Shown piece after piece: positions 9,208 to 17,000 of a DNA stretch of 30,905 nucleotides. Below the pieces are notes generated by a model that was not told the DNA's origin, did not search any database, and saw only the letters and a list, made by a program, of their open reading frames with translations. The stretch covers positions 1 to 30,905 of IMG/VR virus record IMGVR_UViG_3300033067_000044; one strand, given 5' to 3'. The stretch comes from a virus (Duplodnaviria; Caudoviricetes). The position numbers were made by a program, and so were the translations under genes. Each line of letters opens with the position of its first letter. Position 1 is the first letter of the stretch.

Positions 9208-10188
9208 TTACTCCTTGATGCCGTGGGCGGCTTCGATGGCTCGGGCAAACATCTCAGGTGTCGTTTTGCTGCCACAAGGAAACGCAAGGCTAAGTGCATA
9301 CTGTTTTGCAATTTCACGCACTTGCTCATCCGTCAGCGGCTTGCGCTGTGGTGCAATCTTGTGTCCTTCTGACGCACAAACTCCAGTCAACAAACAATCG
9401 CCTGTCCTAACCTTTGGCTGCTCTGGATAATGACAAGGCCCATCATTACGGTGAATGACACCAAGGTTAGTTATGTCTCCACAATAGCAATGTTGACCAT
9501 AAAAAGCATCCCAAGCAGCCATGTAAACAGAACTGGCGTGACCAGCATACAAACGCTCGTCATAACCTTCCATTGAACATTCATCCATTGCCTTGAGCAT
9601 TTCTGGCGTTGCTTCTCTTGGCATTAGTTTTAAGTTTTGCTCTGGCTCTTTGGGTTGTGCCTTAGGTACGGGTGGATGTGTGTAGAGAGGCAAACAGTTA
9701 TCCCATGCTTTTGTTGCATAGAAAATTGGCTCCATCTCTTGATTGCCAAAAATATCTTCATTCCGATACCACGCCACAGGCTCCAAGTGCTCGCTAACGC
9801 TTCGCTGTTCTGTCTGTGTCAACGGGGGATCAAAGACGACAGGCCCGCCCCACATTGCCCATGCCTTGCCGATGCACTTAGGCTCCTGCTTATGTTGCTC
9901 CGCAACGGCTGGCTGTGCCAACTGATTACGCAATCGTGCAATCTCAGTACGCAACTCGCACTCTTTGCTCATGTTTTCGTGCGGGTGGCTGCGTGTGCAA
10001 TCCTGCTCTGGCTGTGCCAAGGTTTCTTTGATGGCTGTGATGGCTGGTTTAAAAACCGTTTCTTTATCCATCCGCAAATCAGCATCAGAAAGTCCAAGTC
10101 GCATACCTAAACGCTCAACTATTCGCACGGATTCTTCCGCCTTCTCCAACGCCTCAAGCGCCATATTCAATGCTTCTGTTTGTGTCAT
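9208..10188 (-). CDS. mosaic accessory protein (EPVAW...PLYT family)
   Basis: EALNMALEALE start, EPVAW..PLYTHP, PLTDEQV and FARAIEAAHGI end; repeated AQP/PEQ linkers. Confidence 0.7.
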   Translation of the reverse strand: MTQTEALNMALEALEKAEESVRIVERLGMRLGLSDADLRMDKETVFKPAITAIKETLAQPEQDCTRSHPHENMSKECELRTEIARLRNQLAQPAVAEQHKQEPKCIGKAWAMWGGPVVFDPPLTQTEQRSVSEHLEPVAWYRNEDIFGNQEMEPIFYATKAWDNCLPLYTHPPVPKAQPKEPEQNLKLMPREATPEMLKAMDECSMEGYDERLYAGHASSVYMAAWDAFYGQHCYCGDITNLGVIHRNDGPCHYPEQPKVRTGDCLLTGVCASEGHKIAPQRKPLTDEQVREIAKQYALSLAFPCGSKTTPEMFARAIEAAHGIKE

Positions 10189-10466
10189 TTCTGCTCCATG
10201 TAATTAAGTGCGTGCCAGTACAGGAATGAAGCCATAGTCATCAACATATCTTTGGCTTCTTGGTTTTCTTTTTTCTTCATGTCTTCTGCCATGTAGCACC
10301 ATTGCAGTTCACCAAGGCTGTACGCATGAGGGTTTATTTTTTCATCTTCTTTGATGACTTTTGCCAACTCAGAAAAGAACTTGATTTGTTCCGTTGACTT
10401 CATTGCCCAAAACGCTTGAGCCATAATTTCTGGAGTGACTTTGATGTTTGCTGTTGCATTAGTCAT
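10185..10466 (-). CDS. hypothetical protein
   Basis: Start moved to ATG 10466 (ATGA overlap); TPEIMAQAFWAMKSTEQIKFF motif. Confidence 0.65.
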   Translation of the reverse strand: MTNATANIKVTPEIMAQAFWAMKSTEQIKFFSELAKVIKEDEKINPHAYSLGELQWCYMAEDMKKKENQEAKDMLMTMASFLYWHALNYMEQK

Positions 10467-10567
10467 AGCGGAGCCTCTGGCAGTTGTGCGCGTTGTTGTT
10501 GCGCGTATTCTTTGATTTGCTTGTGCGTCCACGGTGTTGGTGGATGTGTTGGGAAGGGCCAGTTCAC
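10463..10567 (-). CDS. small WPFP-motif peptide (34 aa, not in ORF track)
   Basis: GTG start; MNWPFPTHPPTPWTHKQIKEYAQQQRAQLPEAPL; SD AGGAG; overlaps both neighbours by 4 nt. Confidence 0.65.
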   Translation of the reverse strand: MNWPFPTHPPTPWTHKQIKEYAQQQRAQLPEAPL

Positions 10568-10773
10568 AGCTTCTGCTCCTTCATATTCACGCTTCGCGTA
10601 TGTTCACGCTCCTGCTTAACACCACCAAGCCAACCAGCCATTGCGCCACGGCTTGCAGCTTCACGAATCATGGTGGCCAGCTCATCAGGACGAATCACAC
10701 CAACCTTGCCACCTGAACGGCGAATGAAGTCAGTCACGATGTCGTCAATATCGTTTTGTAGTTGCTCAGACAT
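10564..10773 (-). CDS. hypothetical protein
   Basis: Likely start ATG 10773 (MSEQLQ) after GGAG. Confidence 0.6.
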   Translation of the reverse strand: MSEQLQNDIDDIVTDFIRRSGGKVGVIRPDELATMIREAASRGAMAGWLGGVKQEREHTRSVNMKEQKL

Positions 10774-10796
10774 AAATTGTTCTTCTCCAAAAAGCA

Positions 10797-10997
10797 TTAG
10801 GCAAACAGATGGCAAACCAAGAAACCAGCAGCAAAGGCAAGCGTGATGTGAACCCAGTATTCGGTTTGCTGTGATGCGTCAGAGCTGCTGCCTTCCATCC
10901 ATTCCCAACGCTGGCGTTGCTCAATGGCTTTTACTGTGTTGGGGAAAGCATCCTGCATGGTGCGTGGATAGGTACGAGTTGTGTTGTTGAGTTTCAT
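10797..10997 (-). CDS. small membrane-anchored protein (TRxYPRT motif)
   Basis: TRTYPRTMQDAFP plus a C-terminal hydrophobic helix. Confidence 0.65.
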   Translation of the reverse strand: MKLNNTTRTYPRTMQDAFPNTVKAIEQRQRWEWMEGSSSDASQQTEYWVHITLAFAAGFLVCHLFA

Positions 10998-11209
10998 TTG
11001 ATTACTTTCCAGTTGATGTCGATGATTTGTGGATTTGCAAGTTCTACTGCATATTCAATTGCTTGTTGTTTTGACTTCTGACCACCTTCATCTTCACTGG
11101 CAAAACTCTGAAATGACTGTTTTTGCTGCCATGAAAAGAATGTCTTAACTTCTACATTCCAGCGATGCCATACACCATCAGGTGGCGATTTACGAATTCT
11201 TACTTTCAT
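10994..11209 (-). CDS. hypothetical protein, first gene of leftward operon
   Basis: SD TAAGGA; directly downstream of the leftward promoter. Confidence 0.65.
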   Translation of the reverse strand: MKVRIRKSPPDGVWHRWNVEVKTFFSWQQKQSFQSFASEDEGGQKSKQQAIEYAVELANPQIIDINWKVIK

Positions 11210-11241
11210 GGTTTCAATCCTTAGTGGTTGTTGATGAGTGA

Positions 11242-11269
11242 ATCATATCACACTTGATTAGGTAGACAA
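11242..11269 (-). promoter_or_regulatory. sigma70-type leftward early promoter
   Basis: Minus strand TTGTCT-16 nt-TATGAT with an extended -10 TG. Confidence 0.6.
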
Positions 11270-11286
11270 GGATTATTTTATTGGAT

Positions 11287-11315
11287 GTGCTTTTTTTGCA
11301 ACAAATCCCTAAAAT
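11287..11315 (+). promoter_or_regulatory. sigma70-type rightward promoter
   Basis: GTGCTT (11287-11292)-17 nt-TAAAAT (11310-11315). Confidence 0.5.
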
Positions 11316-11320
11316 CCTAC

Positions 11321-11414
11321 ACGGTGGGTCGGTTTCTCCCACCTATGCTGTGCAGTTCTCCCCTGCGCAGTTGCCTTTGAATGGGTGGCAGTTCGCGCTG
11401 TCACCCATCTTTTT
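11321..11414 (+). ncRNA. candidate three-hairpin small RNA (or attenuator leader)
   Basis: Three consecutive stems between a promoter and a T-tailed terminator; TTCTCCC occurs twice. Confidence 0.5.
11381..11414 (+). terminator. intrinsic terminator
   Basis: ATGGGTGGCAG-ttcgcg-CTGTCACCCAT (11-bp stem, one G-U) followed by CTTTTT. Confidence 0.7.
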
Positions 11415-11458
11415 AACCTTCGTGATTATGTCGTCAAGTTCATGTTAACATACTACGC

Positions 11459-11680
11459 ATGAACACTTCAACATACATCACAGACATCAAGGCCAAAGCC
11501 GAAGCTGCTGGCTTCAATATGGCAGAGGTCAGCCGTAAAGCCGAGATTGACCAAGCGCAAGTCTCTCGGTGGATTTCAGGCAAGACAGTTCCATTGGTGT
11601 CATCCGTGGACAAGCTCAAGGCTGCGCTGGACGAGCTAATCGCACAGCGTATTGCACAGCTCACCAAGGACTCAGCATGA
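11459..11680 (+). CDS. Cro/XRE-like HTH regulator
   Basis: NMAEVSRKAEIDQAQVSRWISGKTVP is a typical XRE HTH; 73 aa; no SD upstream. Confidence 0.8.
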   Translation: MNTSTYITDIKAKAEAAGFNMAEVSRKAEIDQAQVSRWISGKTVPLVSSVDKLKAALDELIAQRIAQLTKDSA

Positions 11681-12144
11681 TTCGCGTCATGGGCGTGGAC
11701 ATTGGTGCTGCTGGCGCTTTCTCCTTGTACGTCAATGGCAAGTTCGAGCGTGTAATTGATATGCCTTGCGTTGAGGTCATTCGTGGTGGCAAGAAAAAGA
11801 ACCACATCTCTGCACAAGGTGTGGCTGCTGCCATCAAGGAATTGAATCCAACACACGCAGTGGTGGAGAAGGTCGGCGCAATGCCCAACCAAGGCGTGAC
11901 TTCGATGTTCGCGTTTGGTCGTGCTGCTGGAATCATTGAAGGTGCATTGGCTGCTCTCAATGTGCCAGTGACGTACGTCACACCACAAGCGTGGATGAAG
12001 ACAACGCAATGCGGCAAAGGCAAGGATGCAATTCGTCATCGCTGCATGGAGCTGCACCCAGAGCATCAGCAACTGTTTGCGCGAGTGAAGGACAGTGGCA
12101 GATCGGATGCCACGATGATTGCTTATTACGGAAGCAAACTATGA
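11677..12144 (+). CDS. RuvC-like Holliday junction resolvase
   Basis: Start ATG 11677 (ATGA overlap); VMGVDIG, VVEKV, GVTSMFAFG, VTPQAW and RSDATMIA motifs. Confidence 0.85.
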   Translation: MIRVMGVDIGAAGAFSLYVNGKFERVIDMPCVEVIRGGKKKNHISAQGVAAAIKELNPTHAVVEKVGAMPNQGVTSMFAFGRAAGIIEGALAALNVPVTYVTPQAWMKTTQCGKGKDAIRHRCMELHPEHQQLFARVKDSGRSDATMIAYYGSKL

Positions 12145-12368
12145 CCGACAACAAAACAGAAACCGAAGTGATGCGCGAGCATATTGTGTGGCTTGGCTCA
12201 GAGCTGATGAAGACGCAAGCGCAGCTCACAGCTCGCAACAACATCTTGCAAGATATGCTGAACCCTGATGTGATGGGTTGGTCTATTCCACATGAGGTGC
12301 GAGCCACCATTTACAACTTATTCAGCCAAGAGCGTGAGGAGGAGGCTCAATCATGGAATCGAAAGTAA
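12141..12368 (+). CDS. hypothetical protein
   Basis: Start ATG 12141 (ATGA overlap); LNPDVMGWSIPHEVR motif. Confidence 0.65.
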   Translation: MTDNKTETEVMREHIVWLGSELMKTQAQLTARNNILQDMLNPDVMGWSIPHEVRATIYNLFSQEREEEAQSWNRK

Positions 12369-12568
12369 ATCGCGCATTGCTGTTGCAGCAATTCTTGGCT
12401 TCATTTGCACACGCAAGACAAAACGCCATTGATGATGGCGGCTTTGAAAACGCAATGACACATCACTTCTTTTGGCTACTTCATGCAGACGAATATGTCG
12501 AGCTTGTAAGGTCAATGACAGAAGAAGAAAGCACAAAATTTATGTTGGCAAAAAATTGCTTTGATTAA
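12353..12568 (+). CDS. hypothetical protein
   Basis: Strong SD GGAGGAGG; 71 aa. Confidence 0.6.
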   Translation: MESKVNRALLLQQFLASFAHARQNAIDDGGFENAMTHHFFWLLHADEYVELVRSMTEEESTKFMLAKNCFD

Positions 12569-12591
12569 CAACAATACGAAAGAAAGAAACC

Positions 12592-13656
12592 ATGATTAAG
12601 CTAAGACCATCAGCAGCATCGCGCTGGATTAACTGCCCTGCATCAGTCAAGCTGTGCGAAAACATCCCCAACAGTCCAGCAGGGGAAGCAGCGCAGATTG
12701 GCACAGCCATTCACGCAGTCGCTGAGACTTGCATCTTGACGGGTGTATCTCCATACGACTTTGTTGGCAAGGAAGTTGAAGGTATCTTCATCACTGACAA
12801 CAACGCTGACTTTGCACAGAAACACGTTGACCACATCCGTGATCTAGAGCTGCGCTTAGGCACACTGAAGGTAGAGCAGTACGTCACAGCCTTCAAGAGT
12901 GATGCAGTTGAGCTTGGCGGCACAGCAGACGTTATGGCGTACAGCTTCGATCAGGACACGCTGTGCATTGCTGACTTGAAGACAGGTCGCGGTTACGTTG
13001 ATGCTGATTCAGATCAGATGAAGATTTACGCTATCGGTGCGATGCGTTCACTCAAAGAAGAATTCAAGAACATCGAGCTGGCGATCATTCAGCCGCATCA
13101 TGGTGAGCCACGCACTCACAAGATGACGTTCAAGGAGCTGAACGATTGGACTGCGTTAAACCTAACTCCAGCTCTTAGTGAGATTGCCAAAGGCACTACA
13201 ACACCAACGCCATCAGAGAAGGCTTGCCAGTGGTGTCCAGCTAAAGCAACTTGTCCTGCGCACGTTGAACAGTTCAATGAGATTGCAGCGCAGCCCCCAA
13301 TGCACGAGATGAGCGAGGAAACCATTGGCGCAATGTTGGCCAAGGTGGACATGGTGGAGGACTACATAAAAGCCTTACGCAAGTACGCCACAGAGCGCTT
13401 GGAAGGTGGCGCTGTGGTTCGTGGTTGGCAGTTGCAACCCAAACGCGCATTGCGCAAATGGAAAGATGAAGCAGCAGCAGCAGACGCGCTCATCTCCCAC
13501 GGAATTAGTCGGGAATTGATTTACACAACTTCAATCATTAGTCCCGCAGAAGCAAGCAAACTGTTGTCTAAAGACGACAGAGTGTTGCTGGATGACATCA
13601 CCAAAAAAGAAAGTTCTGGATTGACGCTTGCAAGAGCAGTCGGTCTTGGTGAATAA
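12592..13656 (+). CDS. DUF2800-like / Cas4-like PD-(D/E)xK exonuclease
   Basis: PSAASRWINCPAS, GTAIH, GTAD...IADLKTG, QMKIYA and CQWCPAKATC (Fe-S staple cysteines). Confidence 0.85.
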   Translation: MIKLRPSAASRWINCPASVKLCENIPNSPAGEAAQIGTAIHAVAETCILTGVSPYDFVGKEVEGIFITDNNADFAQKHVDHIRDLELRLGTLKVEQYVTAFKSDAVELGGTADVMAYSFDQDTLCIADLKTGRGYVDADSDQMKIYAIGAMRSLKEEFKNIELAIIQPHHGEPRTHKMTFKELNDWTALNLTPALSEIAKGTTTPTPSEKACQWCPAKATCPAHVEQFNEIAAQPPMHEMSEETIGAMLAKVDMVEDYIKALRKYATERLEGGAVVRGWQLQPKRALRKWKDEAAAADALISHGISRELIYTTSIISPAEASKLLSKDDRVLLDDITKKESSGLTLARAVGLGE

Positions 13657-13703
13657 TCCACTCCCGCCACACATCGTGGCATTTTTAAACTCGAAAGGCT
13701 CAA

Positions 13704-14297
13704 ATGCTTAATCTCTCATCCTCTGGTGGTTCAGGTAACTACATCCGTTTCATGCCATCTGCAAACGCTTGGCTGAACAACGCTAAAGAAGAAATCCAAT
13801 TGAAGAAGGTGGTCTTCGACATCGACAATGTGCAAACAGGTTGGATGTTGTTGGCTGAAGGTGCGCGTGATTGGCAACCTGATGCAGCTCTTGGTCAGAA
13901 GGGCAAGCAGCCATCTCCTGAGCATAAGCGCGGTTTCTCCGTCAAGTTCTACAACAAAGAACTTGGAACTGTGGAGTGGAGTGCAAACGGTACAGGTCCA
14001 AACATGGGCTTGGAAGCTCTCTACAAAGCAGCATCAGCAGATCGCGCTGCCAATGCTGGCAAGTTGCCAGTGATTGAGTACACGGGTAGCAAGTTGGAGA
14101 AGATCGGGAAGGGTACGACTCGTATCCCTAACTTCAACGTGGTGTCATGGGTTGCAAAGCCTGAAGGCATGGATGCTCCTGCTGATGATGGTGAGCAGGA
14201 CTTCGACAACTCAGGCAAGTTGAGCATGAGTCAGTCAGGTTTGTCACAACCTAAGTCAGCGATGGCGCAAGCTGTCGAAGATGACGAGATGTTCTAA
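13704..14297 (+). CDS. putative single-stranded DNA-binding protein
   Basis: Lies between the nuclease and the primase; beta-rich core with acidic aromatic tail EDDEMF. Confidence 0.55.
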   Translation: MLNLSSSGGSGNYIRFMPSANAWLNNAKEEIQLKKVVFDIDNVQTGWMLLAEGARDWQPDAALGQKGKQPSPEHKRGFSVKFYNKELGTVEWSANGTGPNMGLEALYKAASADRAANAGKLPVIEYTGSKLEKIGKGTTRIPNFNVVSWVAKPEGMDAPADDGEQDFDNSGKLSMSQSGLSQPKSAMAQAVEDDEMF

Positions 14298-14306
14298 ACA
14301 TCAATG

Positions 14307-14343
14307 AAAAGACGGGGCTGCTTAACGGCGGTCCCGTTTTTTT
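14307..14343 (+). terminator. intrinsic terminator
   Basis: GACGGGGCTGC-ttaacg-GCGGTCCCGTT followed by a T run; A run on the 5' side. Confidence 0.75.
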
Positions 14344-14349
14344 GTCACT

Positions 14350-14478
14350 ATGAAAATACTCAACGAAGAATTTATGGAGTTGCTCGTAATTGCATTGGCT
14401 CAAAGGGTCTATGAATTGGAGCAGCGTTTAGAAACACTAGAAGAATTTGAAGGATACGAAGATGAAGAAGCCGCATAA
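14350..14478 (+). CDS. small acidic coiled-coil peptide (42 aa, not in ORF track)
   Basis: MKILNEEFMELLVIALAQRVYELEQRLETLEEFEGYEDEEAA. Confidence 0.55.
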   Translation: MKILNEEFMELLVIALAQRVYELEQRLETLEEFEGYEDEEAA

Positions 14479-14785
14479 ACACGCAGAACTCATCAAGGCT
14501 TGGGCTGATGGTGCAGAGATTGAATACTTCGACAAAATTTGTCACGCTTGGCTTATCTGTCAGAAGCCACCAACTTGGGAAGAAGAAAGTTCTTATCGCA
14601 TTTTAAAAGTGCCAAAGCCTGATTACACAGATACAACATCTGTTTACAGAAACCTAAATTACAGATTTGAAAACGAGCGTTTAAAAAATACATATACCCT
14701 TGGGTTTGCGCCTGATTACATTGGTGAGTTAAAACTTACCTTTGACGGCGAGACAGGCAAACTGAAATCAGCGGAAGTTTTATAA
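14462..14785 (+). CDS. hypothetical protein (KHAELIKAWADGAEIE family)
   Basis: Start ATG 14462 after AAGGA; recurring phage motif; C-terminal LKLTFDGETGKLKSAEVL. Confidence 0.7.
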   Translation: MKKPHKHAELIKAWADGAEIEYFDKICHAWLICQKPPTWEEESSYRILKVPKPDYTDTTSVYRNLNYRFENERLKNTYTLGFAPDYIGELKLTFDGETGKLKSAEVL

Positions 14786-16822
14786 ATGCAAGCCGAACAA
14801 ATAGCAAAGGCGCTAGGCAACGCGAAGAAGGTCAATGGGAGCTGGTTAGCGTCATGCCCACTGCCTACGCATGGGCAAGGCAACGGTGACAAGAATCCAT
14901 CACTCTCAATCACTGATGGCCCTGACAGCAAACCGCTGTTCAAGTGCCATGGTGGGTGCGATCAGCATGATGTCTTCCAAGCCATTAGGGATTACGGATT
15001 GTTGCCAGACTTGGAGCCACGCGCAGAACTGTTAGCGTCAATCAAGCCAATCCAGCAGACAACGCTGGAGCAGGAGTGGCACTACACGGATGAGGACGGT
15101 GTGACGCTGTTCATCAAGCAGCGTTACAAGACGTATGACGCGAAGGGTAAGACGTATAAGCAACTCAGGGTGGACGAGCAGGGGCGTAGACACGCAACCA
15201 TCACTGGTGCGAAGATTGTCCCGTACAACTTGCCAGAGGTGGAGCAAGCCAGAGTCAACAACCGAACCGTATTCCTGACGGAAGGCGAGAAGGCTGCTGA
15301 CGCGCTCAAGTCAATCGGTGTCTGTGCGACTTGTACCCATCAAGGTGCAAGCAGCTTCCCTGAAGATGCAATCCAGTACTTCTCAGGGCTGAACGTGGTC
15401 ATCCTGCCAGACAACGACAAGGTTGGTTGGGAGTTTGCGAAGAAAGCGGTCAAGGCCATCAAAAACGTGACGAACAGCATCCGAGTCGTTGACTTGCCAC
15501 TGGAAGACATCAAGGAAGATGCTTATGAGTACGTGAACAGGTACGGTTACGACAAGCAGGACTTGGCAGCAATCACGAAGAAGGCTGAGAAGATCAGCAG
15601 CGAAGATGACGTAACGATTCCTGAACGCTTCATCCAAGCAGAGGAAAAAGCAACAGAGCCGCAGCCAACGCTAGAGCTTGGTACGTCAACCATCCAAACA
15701 CAACGTCAACCATTCAAGATTGAACAGCTAGACGACATCGACGACGAGCCTGTGGAGTGGCTCATTGAAGGTGTCATTCCCAAAAAGGCTTTCGTAGCAC
15801 TGTACGCACCACCAGCGAGCTTCAAGTCATTCGTGGCATTGGACATTGCGGAGTGTATTGCCACGGGCAGGGAATTCCTGACTAAAGAAGTCAAGCATCA
15901 AGGTGCAGTTCTTTACATTGCCGGTGAAGGTCACGGTGGTATCGGTGCGCGTATCAAGGCCATGAAGAAGCATCACAACACGCCAGCCGGTGCGCCTGTC
16001 TTCTTTCTACGCAAGCAAATCAACCTGCGAAGCAGCGCCACTGACATCCAAGACCTGATTCAAGCCGTGGATGACATCCAAGCAACCCACGATATTCAGT
16101 TTGAGTTGGTAGTGATTGACACATTAGCCAGAGCCTTTGGTGGTGGCAATGAGAACGCCAGTGAGGACATGGGAGCCTTCATCACAGCAGCTGGTGCAAT
16201 CCAAGGAAGATACAACTGCGCATTGCTAGTCGTCCACCACGCTGGTAAGGATGCCACCAAGGGATTGCGTGGACATTCAAGCCTATTAGGTGCAGTGGAC
16301 ACGGAATTGGAAATCATCCGCATTGAGGACGCGCCAAAAGGAATCTTGCACATCAGCAAGCAAAAGGACGGTGAGGACGGACAGAGGTACGGATTCCAGA
16401 TGATTACGGTGGAGTTATCCACAACACATTTGGGATTTGATTCTGTAAGCTCATTAGCCGTGGAAGTGGACAATGAGATGAATGTGAATCAAGCTAGAGG
16501 ACAAGCGCAACCACCAGACAGGACAGGCGGTGGAAGGAACCAACAACTGGCGCTCAACTGTCTGCACAGTGCCATCAAGAAGTTCGGGATGATGGAGAAC
16601 ATTGACGGCAAGAGAAACAAAGCAATCAAGTTGGACCAATGGAGGGACGAGTTCAAGGCAAAACTTGGCAGCGATGTGGAGCCACAAACATTCACGAAAG
16701 CATGGGCAAGGGTAAAACTTGGACTCAGTGAACTCGAAAAGGTTGAGATTCACAACGATTGGTGTTGGGCAATCTATGCTGAGAACGATGGTTCAGGTAC
16801 TGTGATTCCATTCAGTAAATGA
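14786..16822 (+). CDS. primase-helicase (Zn-binding + TOPRIM + RepA/AAA_25-type helicase)
   Basis: CPxxxH...CHGGC, TEGEKAADA, LPDNDKVG, Walker A-like APPASFKS, Walker B VVIDTLAR, VVHHAGK and RGHSSL. Confidence 0.9.
   Translation: MQAEQIAKALGNAKKVNGSWLASCPLPTHGQGNGDKNPSLSITDGPDSKPLFKCHGGCDQHDVFQAIRDYGLLPDLEPRAELLASIKPIQQTTLEQEWHYTDEDGVTLFIKQRYKTYDAKGKTYKQLRVDEQGRRHATITGAKIVPYNLPEVEQARVNNRTVFLTEGEKAADALKSIGVCATCTHQGASSFPEDAIQYFSGLNVVILPDNDKVGWEFAKKAVKAIKNVTNSIRVVDLPLEDIKEDAYEYVNRYGYDKQDLAAITKKAEKISSEDDVTIPERFIQAEEKATEPQPTLELGTSTIQTQRQPFKIEQLDDIDDEPVEWLIEGVIPKKAFVALYAPPASFKSFVALDIAECIATGREFLTKEVKHQGAVLYIAGEGHGGIGARIKAMKKHHNTPAGAPVFFLRKQINLRSSATDIQDLIQAVDDIQATHDIQFELVVIDTLARAFGGGNENASEDMGAFITAAGAIQGRYNCALLVVHHAGKDATKGLRGHSSLLGAVDTELEIIRIEDAPKGILHISKQKDGEDGQRYGFQMITVELSTTHLGFDSVSSLAVEVDNEMNVNQARGQAQPPDRTGGGRNQQLALNCLHSAIKKFGMMENIDGKRNKAIKLDQWRDEFKAKLGSDVEPQTFTKAWARVKLGLSELEKVEIHNDWCWAIYAENDGSGTVIPFSK
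16415..16423 (+). promoter_or_regulatory. consensus DnaA box inside the primase-helicase gene
   Basis: Exact TTATCCACA; function not shown. Confidence 0.35.
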
Positions 16823-16942
16823 GGACAGGACAAATGGACAAATGGGGACAAATGGAGGACAAATGGGAAAGCCATTTGTCCCGACAATTGGGAGGACAAA
16901 TGGGGTGTGGGTCTATAAGACACACCCATATGTCCTTTTGTC
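16823..16942. repeat. iteron-like repeat cluster, putative replication origin
   Basis: GGACAAAT at 16828, 16836, 16846, 16857 and 16894; inverted copy at 16874-16881 and near-copy at 16928-16935; directly after the primase-helicase stop. Confidence 0.75.
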
Positions 16943-17000
16943 GCAGTCGATTTGGGATGTATTTGTAAGAAAAGTGTAAGAGAAGAAAAAGGACAGAAAC

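Noticed and set aside
11212-11223. 12-bp match TAAGGATTGAAA shared (inverted) with the tail-fibre leader at 30315-30326
   Set aside because: Both are ribosome-binding regions; convergence is enough to explain it.
11321-11414. tRNA interpretation of the hairpin cluster
   Set aside because: No acceptor stem or cloverleaf; the stems are serial and end in a terminator.
11440-12072. Long antisense or alternate-frame ORFs (e.g. 11440-12072, 16812-17336, 20090-20632, 23379-23948, 30261-30686)
   Set aside because: Shadows of well-supported genes on the opposite strand, with no recognisable motifs.
12592-13656. Cas4 as evidence of a CRISPR-Cas system
   Set aside because: Stand-alone phage nuclease in a replication operon; no other cas genes or array.
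15799-15831. Non-canonical Walker A (APPASFKS) suggesting a dead helicase
   Set aside because: The catalytic Lys-Ser, Walker B and downstream motifs are intact; treated as a tolerated variant.
10551-15872. Three KOPS-like GGGNAGGG octamers (10551, 14106, 15865) pointing toward the dif-like site
   Set aside because: About one is expected by chance over this length, all lie in coding sequence, and none was spotted in the converse orientation on the other side; the scan was not exhaustive.
16823-16942. CRISPR array interpretation of the GGACAAAT repeats
   Set aside because: Repeats are 8-10 bp with 0-3 bp gaps and no unique spacers; iterons fit better.
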